From IMG/VR virus record IMGVR_UViG_3300021387_003972: a stretch of 64,000 bases of DNA. One strand, written 5' to 3'. Position 1 is the first letter of the stretch, and each line of letters opens with the position of its first letter. Positions 54,401 through 61,987 of this stretch are shown piece after piece. Source of the stretch: an uncultured virus (IMG/VR IMGVR_UViG_3300021387_003972) (taxonomy: Duplodnaviria > Heunggongvirae > Uroviricota > Caudoviricetes). The position numbers and the translations under genes were made by a program. The notes under the pieces were generated by a model that was given only the letters and a program-made list of their open reading frames with translations, made no database searches and was not told the DNA's origin.

Positions 54401-54660
54401 CACAATAGATATATAAGAATTCCTCCGGAAAGGTGCTCAAAAGAGTCCCCTCCCCATCCATTGGAGATAAGAACAGTCCTTTGACGAATCCCTTCAACTT
54501 TCCATGCCTGCATAGCGGCAGATTTTATAATCGAATTCCCAAGAAACAGGATTGCCTAGCCCATCACCTCTTAATTGGCAGCCGTGGCAGCTTCCTTAAT
54601 CTGACGCTTCTGTCCTCTGGTCCCTCCCCTACTCCTTAGCCCAAAGATCAACCCTCTGAG

Positions 54661-54718
54661 AAAACAAAAAGCCGGAGTCATCACCACACCGTTTTCAGGT
54701 GTGATAACAACTCCGGCA
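54661..54718 (-). terminator. Intrinsic terminator after the first early gene
   Basis: gccggagt..actccggc stem followed by TTTTTGTTTT on the minus strand. Confidence 0.7.
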
Positions 54719-54766
54719 ATTTGGTATCTCGGTAGCTCGTTTTCGGATCCGTGGCTCGGTAATTGG

Positions 54767-54946
54767 CTAATGTTTCGTTTCAATCTCTTTAATCTGGAAG
54801 AGGATGTCGTCCCAGGGAATGGTCCTTGTTCCGTCTTTTCCCTTAAGCTCCACCTCCATCTTTCCATCATCACGAAGGATGAGATCAAATAATCTCGGCT
54901 TGATTTTATTCCTGCTCCTAATATCTCTGATCGGAATTCTTCTCAA
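54767..54946 (-). CDS. Small early protein (first gene of the leftward operon)
   Basis: GGAGGTG RBS then a TTG start: MRRIPIRDIRSRNKIKPRLFDL..; basic N-terminus. Confidence 0.55.
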   Translation of the reverse strand: MRRIPIRDIRSRNKIKPRLFDLILRDDGKMEVELKGKDGTRTIPWDDILFQIKEIETKH

Positions 54947-55073
54947 AAGTCTCACCTCCTGGCTTGCTGTCCGTTTTTTTGTACAGGTCAACTGCTATGC
55001 TTATGTTACAATACCAAATACGCTAAACCTGTTATTAATTTGCGCAATTTGCGCACTTTTTCAAATCACAAGG

Positions 55074-55185
55074 TTGACATCTTTCATATTTAGATGTACT
55101 ATCTTTCTATAAGTTGCATGTTTTACGAACTTAGTATACGAATGTTACAGACTAATGTCAATACGAAAGTTGCGTGAAATATGCA
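55074..55185. promoter_or_regulatory. Face-to-face SigA promoters and candidate operators (genetic switch)
   Basis: Plus: TTGACA(55074-79)-17-TACTAT(55097-102); minus: TTGACA(55161-56)-17-TATACT(55138-33); related aagttgc(a/g)tg sites near 55111 and 55167. Confidence 0.7.
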
Positions 55186-55269
55186 AGGTCCCGAGAGGGA
55201 ATACGAGATACATCCGGAAGGTCCCACTTACCTACCGGAGAAACCGCTTCCATTAGAAAGGACAGTACC

Positions 55270-55692
55270 ATGAACCTTAGTGAGAAACTCAGAAACGCAA
55301 GAGCTGCCAAGCACATGTCTCAGACAGAACTTGCAAACAAGACAGGGATGTCCCTGCGGACCATCCAGAACTACGAGATGGGCACCAGGCTTCCTAAAAG
55401 CAGGAGCACCTATGACAAGCTTGCCGAAGCGCTGGAAATGGACGTCGACATCCTTCTGGATGAAAACGCAGAATTTGTGCTGCGCGCTAGCGAAAGCTAT
55501 GGCGGCCGTGGCGCAAAGCAGGCCATGGATATGGTTGCTGACATCAAGGCGCTCTGGGCCGGCGGCGAGATGGAAGAAGAAGACATGGATGAGATCATGC
55601 AGGCGTTGCAGGAGGCGTATTGGGAGGCAAAAAAGAACAACCGTAAGTACGTGAACAAGCGCTACAGGAAGGAGGACTCTCCTTCCGAATAA
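55270..55692 (+). CDS. XRE-family repressor (ImmR/CI-like)
   Basis: LRNARAAKHMSQTELANKTGMSLRTIQNYEMGTRLP HTH. Confidence 0.9.
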   Translation: MNLSEKLRNARAAKHMSQTELANKTGMSLRTIQNYEMGTRLPKSRSTYDKLAEALEMDVDILLDENAEFVLRASESYGGRGAKQAMDMVADIKALWAGGEMEEEDMDEIMQALQEAYWEAKKNNRKYVNKRYRKEDSPSE

Positions 55693-55710
55693 TGCACGGG
55701 GGTACCACGA

Positions 55711-56244
55711 ATGGATGACAGAATCCTGAAAAAGTCTCAATACCTGATCGAGAAATTCGGAACCAGGGATCCCTTTGAGATTGCAGAAAGATTGGGATAC
55801 TATGTCAAACTGATCAACACCAAAAAGCAGAAAGGCTTTTGCAAGATCCTGCTTAACAACTATTTCATCTTCATCAACGCGAACTTGAGCCCGCAGATGC
55901 AGCGAATGACCTGTGCCCATGAGCTCGGCCATCTCCTGCTGCACCGGGATGCGCTAAGGAGCCAGATTTTCCTCGCTGAGATGGAGCTTTTCAACATCAC
56001 TGATCGTCGGGAACTGGAAGCAAATCAGTTTGCTGCATCTCTTCTTATCGACGACGGGGAACTTCTGCAGATACTGCAGGAAGGGAATGACGTCGTGACC
56101 GCTGCCAGCATGATGGACGTAAACGTCAATATGCTGATGGTCAAACTCCTTACTATGAACCAGAACGGTCACAAATTTGATCTGCCTTATTACCCCAAGG
56201 CAGAGTTTATGGGGACAATTGGCGACAGCGCAGATTCGATCTGA
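55711..56244 (+). CDS. ImmA/IrrE-family metallopeptidase (anti-repressor)
   Basis: GTRDPFEIA, IFINANL, CAHELGHLLLH (HExxH), ELEANQFAASLL. Confidence 0.92.
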   Translation: MDDRILKKSQYLIEKFGTRDPFEIAERLGYYVKLINTKKQKGFCKILLNNYFIFINANLSPQMQRMTCAHELGHLLLHRDALRSQIFLAEMELFNITDRRELEANQFAASLLIDDGELLQILQEGNDVVTAASMMDVNVNMLMVKLLTMNQNGHKFDLPYYPKAEFMGTIGDSADSI

Positions 56245-56257
56245 GAAGGGAGGCCTT

Positions 56258-57655
56258 ATGGATAGGACTTATATTTGCATTGATCTTAAGTCCTATTATG
56301 CCTCCGTGGAATGCGTCGCCAGGGGAATGGATCCCCTGAAGGCCAACCTCCTGGTCGCAGACGACAGCCGCACGGACAAGACCATCGTCCTTGCCGTATC
56401 TCCGGCCCTCAAGGCGATCGGCGTCCCCGGTAGGCCACGCCTATTTGAAGCCAAACAGAAGATTCGGGATTATGAAGCGGCGCACCACACACGGATCGAA
56501 TATGTCACTGCCCCACCCCGCATGGCGGAGTACATCCGCGTCTCGTCAAAGATTTATGAGATCTACCGGAAATATGTCTGCAAAGACGACATCCACGTCT
56601 ACAGCATCGATGAGTGCTTTATCGATGTGACGGGATATCTGCACTTTTATGAAAAGGACGCTGAGGCAGCCGGCGTGTCTCCTGCACACCAGATGGCCAT
56701 CACCATGATCCGTGATGTTCTCGCAGAGACAGGTATCACAGCTACAGTCGGCATTGGCACCAACCTGTATCTCGCCAAGGTCGGCATGGACATCGTTGCC
56801 AAAAAAGCAAAGCCAGACAAGGACGGCGTCCGGATCGCAGAGCTGAATGAAGACTCCTACAAAATTCTCTTATGGGACCACAAACCGCTGACCGACTTCT
56901 GGATGATCGGCCCCGGCACGGCAAGAAAGCTGCAGAAACGCGGCATGTACACTCTCGGCGATGTTGCCACCATGGCGCTCTATGACGAGGGAATGTTCTA
57001 CAAGATGTTCGGCATCAACGCAGAGATCCTTCTCGACCACGTCTGGGGGATCGAGCCCTGCCTTATGAGCGACATCAAGAACTACAAAGTGGTCTCCCAC
57101 TCCATCAACGTTGGCCAAGTGCTCTCAAGGCCCTACGCCTACGGGGAAGCAAAGCTGGTCTTTATGGAGATGGCGGACAAACTGGCTACAGAACTTCTTT
57201 CCAAAAGTCTGACCGCACGCAGTCTCTCCTTTTGGGTATCCTTTGATCCCAAAAGCCTGGACGAGAACCCCTACTATATGGGGCCAGTATCTGTAGACTT
57301 TTATGGCAGGCTCCATCCGCGCCATGTCGGCGGCAGCATTAAACTCAGAAACCGTACCAACAGCAACAAGGAGATACTGTCCGCGCTGGTAGGCTCCTTT
57401 GAGAAAAAGGTGGATAGATCTCTCCTCATCCGAAGACTCGGTGTCACAGCAGGTGACACGAGCAAAGAAACAGGAATGTACCAATTAGATTTATTTACGG
57501 ACTATGATGCACTCGACAAGGAACGCCGTCTGCAGCGTGCCCTTATTGAAGTACGCCAAAAATATGGTCCCAACTCGCTCCTTCGCGGATTCAACTATCT
57601 GGAAGGTGGTACAGCCAGACAACGCAATCTCCAGATCGGCGGTCATAAAGCATAG
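56258..57655 (+). CDS. Y-family (UmuC/ImpB-like) translesion DNA polymerase
   Basis: CIDLKSYYASVEC, PPRMAEY, YSIDECFID, GIGTNLYLAK, FWMIGPG, QLDLF clamp-binding motif, RNLQIGGHKA. Confidence 0.93.
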   Translation: MDRTYICIDLKSYYASVECVARGMDPLKANLLVADDSRTDKTIVLAVSPALKAIGVPGRPRLFEAKQKIRDYEAAHHTRIEYVTAPPRMAEYIRVSSKIYEIYRKYVCKDDIHVYSIDECFIDVTGYLHFYEKDAEAAGVSPAHQMAITMIRDVLAETGITATVGIGTNLYLAKVGMDIVAKKAKPDKDGVRIAELNEDSYKILLWDHKPLTDFWMIGPGTARKLQKRGMYTLGDVATMALYDEGMFYKMFGINAEILLDHVWGIEPCLMSDIKNYKVVSHSINVGQVLSRPYAYGEAKLVFMEMADKLATELLSKSLTARSLSFWVSFDPKSLDENPYYMGPVSVDFYGRLHPRHVGGSIKLRNRTNSNKEILSALVGSFEKKVDRSLLIRRLGVTAGDTSKETGMYQLDLFTDYDALDKERRLQRALIEVRQKYGPNSLLRGFNYLEGGTARQRNLQIGGHKA

Positions 57656-57690
57656 TGCTTCTCTCCTGCCGATCAGAAAGGCAGGACGCC

Positions 57691-58212
57691 ATGGCAGCGA
57701 TCACTTTACCCGCTGGTTTCAAATACAGGGCTGCATTTATAGCCGGCCGCCCCCGTCACCAGGATGACCACTTTGCTTTTCTTCATCCCAAGATGGATCG
57801 CGGAAGACGAGCCAAGCTCTTTGCTCCCTTCGACGCGCTGGATGGATACTCTGAAAGTATCGACAGTAAAAATACTGAGTATGTTGAGCGAATTGATCTC
57901 GAAGAAGACGATCGCAGAGAGCTGGACCGCCGGATACGTATCTTGCACGGACTCACTTACAACGGCAGGATGGCGCGCACCAATCGCGTGCAGATCAGTG
58001 TCCGATACTATGTTCCCTGCACGGATGAGAACAATTTTGCCTTCCAGCTTCGCGGCCAATATAGAATCGTATCCGGGATCTGTCGTAAAGTAGATAGCGA
58101 TGTGACAAATTCGATCACAATAGACGAAGCGGTCATCCCGCTCACAGACGTAATCGAGATAACCGCTGCCGATGAAAACATATTCAAGAAAGATGAGTGG
58201 GTGGCGTGCTGA
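57691..58212 (+). CDS. YolD-like accessory protein of the Y-family polymerase
   Basis: HPKMDRGRRAKLFAPFDALDGY; directly after the polymerase. Confidence 0.8.
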   Translation: MAAITLPAGFKYRAAFIAGRPRHQDDHFAFLHPKMDRGRRAKLFAPFDALDGYSESIDSKNTEYVERIDLEEDDRRELDRRIRILHGLTYNGRMARTNRVQISVRYYVPCTDENNFAFQLRGQYRIVSGICRKVDSDVTNSITIDEAVIPLTDVIEITAADENIFKKDEWVAC

Positions 58213-58288
58213 GCCTTGTTATACAGGGCATTTCTCAGCACGATGCTTTTATAATAACCTCTGCAGCAACGCCGGAAAGGAGGATGCC

Positions 58289-59161
58289 ATGATACAGCAG
58301 TTATCGTTATTTCCTGATAATCCCCCGGCTGATCCGCGTCCGCCTGTCACCATCACATGGAATGGAATTCACGGATGTACAAAAGTATCTTACGGCTGCC
58401 AGCACTGCTACATGTTCCGCAGGGACGAGTCCGTGGGGAAGGATCCGACTGTCGTTAGAAAGACGCAGAGCTTTAACCTTCCTGTCCGCCGGCTCCGTAC
58501 TGGAAAATATAAAGGGCACTATAAAATTCCTTCCGGCTCCCACATTTTCACCTGCTTTTCCTCTGACTTCTTCCACAAGGATGCGGATGCATGGAGAGAC
58601 GAGATGTGGGACATGATCCGGGAGCGCACCGACTGCACTTTCTTTATGATCACCAAGAGGCCAGAAAGGATCTTGGATCATCTTCCGGCAGATTGGGATG
58701 GCGGATGGGGTCACGTGACCATTGCCGTCACAACCGAGAACCAGTGGGCTGCAGACAGGCGCCTTCCTGTCTACCTGTCCGTTCCCATGAAGCACTACTC
58801 TGTCATGATCGAGCCGATGCTGAGCACAGTTAATCTGCGCAGATACTTCACCGCATATACCCGGACTGATTCCCGAGGACATGCGGCGCCACTCATAGAG
58901 ACTGTGTCTGTCGGCGGAGAGTCTGGTCCGGATGCGCGGATCTGCGACTACGCCTGGGTGCTCGATGTCCACATGCAGTGTGTTGAATACTCTGTCCCCT
59001 TCTCTTTCCACCAGACCGGCGCCAGGTTAAAGAAGGGAGATAAGATCTATGAGATCCCCCGTGAACATCAGCACGAGCAGGCCTGGAAAGCACGCCTTGA
59101 CTTTGACGGCGCTCGGTTCCCTGCATGGGATGCTGACTTCGAAACAGATACAATAGAGTAG
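58289..59161 (+). CDS. DUF5131 / phage Gp37-Gp68 family (three-Cys, radical-SAM-like) protein
   Basis: WNGIHGCTKVSYGCQHCY, FTCFSSDFFH, ITKRPER, VTTENQ, EPML, VGGESG. Confidence 0.9.
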   Translation: MIQQLSLFPDNPPADPRPPVTITWNGIHGCTKVSYGCQHCYMFRRDESVGKDPTVVRKTQSFNLPVRRLRTGKYKGHYKIPSGSHIFTCFSSDFFHKDADAWRDEMWDMIRERTDCTFFMITKRPERILDHLPADWDGGWGHVTIAVTTENQWAADRRLPVYLSVPMKHYSVMIEPMLSTVNLRRYFTAYTRTDSRGHAAPLIETVSVGGESGPDARICDYAWVLDVHMQCVEYSVPFSFHQTGARLKKGDKIYEIPREHQHEQAWKARLDFDGARFPAWDADFETDTIE

Positions 59162-59164
59162 CCC

Positions 59165-59317
59165 TTACAGCCTGATTTCATCGAGTGCATACCGAATCTC
59201 ATCTTCCACAGTGACATCCGCCGCTAGCCAGGGATGATCTGCCAGCTGGAAGCTGTCCTGTGGAAGATCAAAACCTCTCGTTTCTGTCATTTCCTGTGCG
59301 CTCTCTTTTGTTCCCAT
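59165..59317 (-). CDS. Possible small acidic protein
   Basis: 50-aa ORF (MGTKESAQ..ALDEIRL*) with an AGGGGG RBS, following the minus-strand operon. Confidence 0.35.
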   Translation of the reverse strand: MGTKESAQEMTETRGFDLPQDSFQLADHPWLAADVTVEDEIRYALDEIRL

Positions 59318-59353
59318 TATGTTGTTTCCCCCTATTGTCTTTTCTTCAACTCT

Positions 59354-60028
59354 TTACTGTATGCCCCGCAGAGTTGCTAGTTCACGAATAAACTGAATTG
59401 CTGTCGACAGATCAGGAAATGTCAGTCTACACTCTACATCTGACAAATCATCCCACGGAACTTTATAAGGTGATCTTAACGCGTATGGATACCAATAGCT
59501 CATATCTTTCCCTGCATAGAAGTCAATTCTTCCCTCATCATACCAAAATTGGCTGCGAAGTCGTCTTCTTCTGACATCTCCCAGATTTATGTAAGGGCCG
59601 TCCTTCCTATCAAAACGGATTTCGCTGATGAATCCATACTGGGAAAGATTCTTATTAATCTGATCCAGTGCGTTATTTTGGGGATCCGTAATTTGGTCCT
59701 CAAATTGTTTCATCCCTTGTACTTCCAAATAACGGACCGGTTTTCCAGTCCTTTTCGCATACGCTATCTCTGCCTGCGTACTGGAACCGATATACCTACC
59801 GACGTTGATTACAAATATCTCGTCCGACATATCAATCTTCCGAAGATGCATATCATCAAGCATCTCCTTGGTGCCTTCTGTCCATACCTCTTTGTCACCG
59901 GAGTGACCAAATAGACCAACGCTGATCACGATATTGCCTTCAAGTGTCAGCCGCTTCTGGGCCTGAAGAAATGCATCCTTAAAGCGCGTGCTGCCACAGA
60001 GCGTGATAACCTTGTATTTTCCAACCAT
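59354..60028 (-). CDS. NDT/DUF4406-like Rossmannoid domain plus unknown C-terminal domain
   Basis: ITLCGSTRFK..HLRKIDMSDEIFVINVGRYIGSSTQAEIAYAKRTGKPVRY. Confidence 0.75.
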   Translation of the reverse strand: MVGKYKVITLCGSTRFKDAFLQAQKRLTLEGNIVISVGLFGHSGDKEVWTEGTKEMLDDMHLRKIDMSDEIFVINVGRYIGSSTQAEIAYAKRTGKPVRYLEVQGMKQFEDQITDPQNNALDQINKNLSQYGFISEIRFDRKDGPYINLGDVRRRRLRSQFWYDEGRIDFYAGKDMSYWYPYALRSPYKVPWDDLSDVECRLTFPDLSTAIQFIRELATLRGIQ

Positions 60029-60047
60029 AAATACCTACATTCTTGTT

Positions 60048-61958
60048 CTACTTCAAATAAACTGTTTCTATGTACTGTTGTAATTCATCAATGCTTGTAT
60101 AATACCGATATCCAAACTTGCTTACGGTTGCTTGTGTCACCGCAGTTTCATTAAGCAATAATGCGATCGGCTCACTTAGTCCGCTTTGAATCCCTTGAGG
60201 CCAAGCCAAGTCAATAATGGCGGCAACCTTTCCATTGTCGTCTAATAGTTCAAAATTAGACGTACCTTCATTCAATCCGTGTTCTGCCATCCACGCAGAC
60301 ATATCTTCGATTTCTTCCTCTTCAGAACGGTCATTTTGATAATTCTTTGAAGCAAATGACTGGATAGTCGCTTCCGCAATGGATCCATCATAGAGGGATT
60401 TCAATAGCGTATTGGCGGCTTTGGCCAACAAAATTCGGCGCTGTTCAAGGAATTTTTCATAGTTTTCTATTTTCCAGAGCTCCGGATCTGCCGGAATCCA
60501 ATGCGTCTCCATTGCTCCCGGGCATTTTTCCCTATACTCAGGGAAATAATCTTCTGGATACCTATTGGATATGGCTATGTTAGTATCCTTTGTAAGGAAT
60601 GCATAATTAGCCAGAGCATTTACAATGGATTTACTTTTCCCAGCTTTATATAACACATCTTTGGGGAAAATATGATGTACATCCAAAGTGGAATTCTTTC
60701 CAAGTAGGTTATTGCTCAGTTCTATATTCGTCCCCCAATCTCTTGAGTGGTTTGTTCTTGTCAGCATATAAAGCAGAGGATAGAATCTTGCGCCTGTACT
60801 CCATCCCCAGAAATCTTCAGGACGGATTCTCAGGTCACCACGGGATTGTTTTAGCTGCTTGATCAGCCCGTCGATTCCATCTCCGCGATTAATCGTATTC
60901 AAATCCTGTGCCAGCGCACTTTCGGTAGAACCCGCATAGCGGCCCCAAAGGAATGAATGCACATACCAATAAAGCAGCCGATCCCATTCAGCACTACCAG
61001 AGAGCTTCCATTTCTTAAAACGGAGATAACCAACCATTGTGGCAATAGCAAATACACCACCAAGGACCCTCGCATGGTCAAGTCCAAGCCGTGTTCCGAT
61101 ATGATCAAGACACGTTCCAATCATCTTGTCAGTGTTCGGAACAGCCTTTTTAACATCTTCAACGGAAACTGTACTAAGTGCATTGAAGTACGGCTGCCCT
61201 GTCAAATAAACAGTAATGCATCGAAGCAGCCAATCTATAGTGAAGGCATATCCAGCGGTTTTATATTTATCGAGGATCTTTTTTAACTCCTCTCTGGCTT
61301 CCGGCCACTCGCTGCATATTTTTGCCAAGGCCAAATCGCCCTTACTGAGCTTTGTTCCTCCACTATTAACGTTATTGAATATTTCTACCACAACGTCTAT
61401 GGTTTTATCTTCTCCGGAAACAGTCTGTACATGAATATCCATCTTTTTGATGCTGTCTAAACGATTCAGCACGGCCATATGATTCAGCCAAAAAGATACT
61501 TTTTCCGGATTCTCCTGCATTTGTGACTGCATAAATTCAGAAGCGCCTTGCTGCATAAGCTTGGTAACACTGATCCATGATGGATTATTTTTCATTTTCG
61601 CAGCCATATAAAACTCAAATGTTTCATCTTCTACGTTGAAATATAAGCTGGTAAATGAACTTGCATTACCATCGAAAAATTTGGGTGGCTGTCCTTTGAT
61701 AATCCCATATAAAGAAGTCATTCGTTGCTGACCATCGAGAATGAGATTAACATTCCCCGGTGTAAGCGGACCATCACCTTTCGATATTCCTGGATCTGTT
61801 GCGGTATTCCAGACCAGCAATTGTCCAATAGGATATCCTCGATAGAGTGAATTCATCAGTTTTCGGACTTGATCTCTATTCCATACGTAACCACGTTGAA
61901 AAACCGGCATTGCATAGCTGCCTAGATCTATCTGACTTAAAATCGTACTTATTTCCAT
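60048..61958 (-). CDS. DUF262 plus HNH (DUF1524-like) GmrSD-type protein
   Basis: PVFQRGYVW, ILDGQQRMTSL, FNNVNSGGTKL; DVHHIFPK..ALANYAFL..TN. Confidence 0.9.
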   Translation of the reverse strand: MEISTILSQIDLGSYAMPVFQRGYVWNRDQVRKLMNSLYRGYPIGQLLVWNTATDPGISKGDGPLTPGNVNLILDGQQRMTSLYGIIKGQPPKFFDGNASSFTSLYFNVEDETFEFYMAAKMKNNPSWISVTKLMQQGASEFMQSQMQENPEKVSFWLNHMAVLNRLDSIKKMDIHVQTVSGEDKTIDVVVEIFNNVNSGGTKLSKGDLALAKICSEWPEAREELKKILDKYKTAGYAFTIDWLLRCITVYLTGQPYFNALSTVSVEDVKKAVPNTDKMIGTCLDHIGTRLGLDHARVLGGVFAIATMVGYLRFKKWKLSGSAEWDRLLYWYVHSFLWGRYAGSTESALAQDLNTINRGDGIDGLIKQLKQSRGDLRIRPEDFWGWSTGARFYPLLYMLTRTNHSRDWGTNIELSNNLLGKNSTLDVHHIFPKDVLYKAGKSKSIVNALANYAFLTKDTNIAISNRYPEDYFPEYREKCPGAMETHWIPADPELWKIENYEKFLEQRRILLAKAANTLLKSLYDGSIAEATIQSFASKNYQNDRSEEEEIEDMSAWMAEHGLNEGTSNFELLDDNGKVAAIIDLAWPQGIQSGLSEPIALLLNETAVTQATVSKFGYRYYTSIDELQQYIETVYLK

Positions 61959-61987
61959 GTCCTATTCTCCACCCTCTACTATTATAT

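Larger units (their letters stand above)
192..59161. mobile_element. Integrated temperate siphovirus-like prophage (HK97-type head, long non-contractile tail, PolA/DUF2815/DUF2800 replication) with a Tn916-type tyrosine integrase; right boundary not visible and may lie beyond 64000
   Basis: Full set of integration, lysis, tail, head, packaging, replication and repressor genes in phage-like order; att-like junction at about 192-221. Confidence 0.93.
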
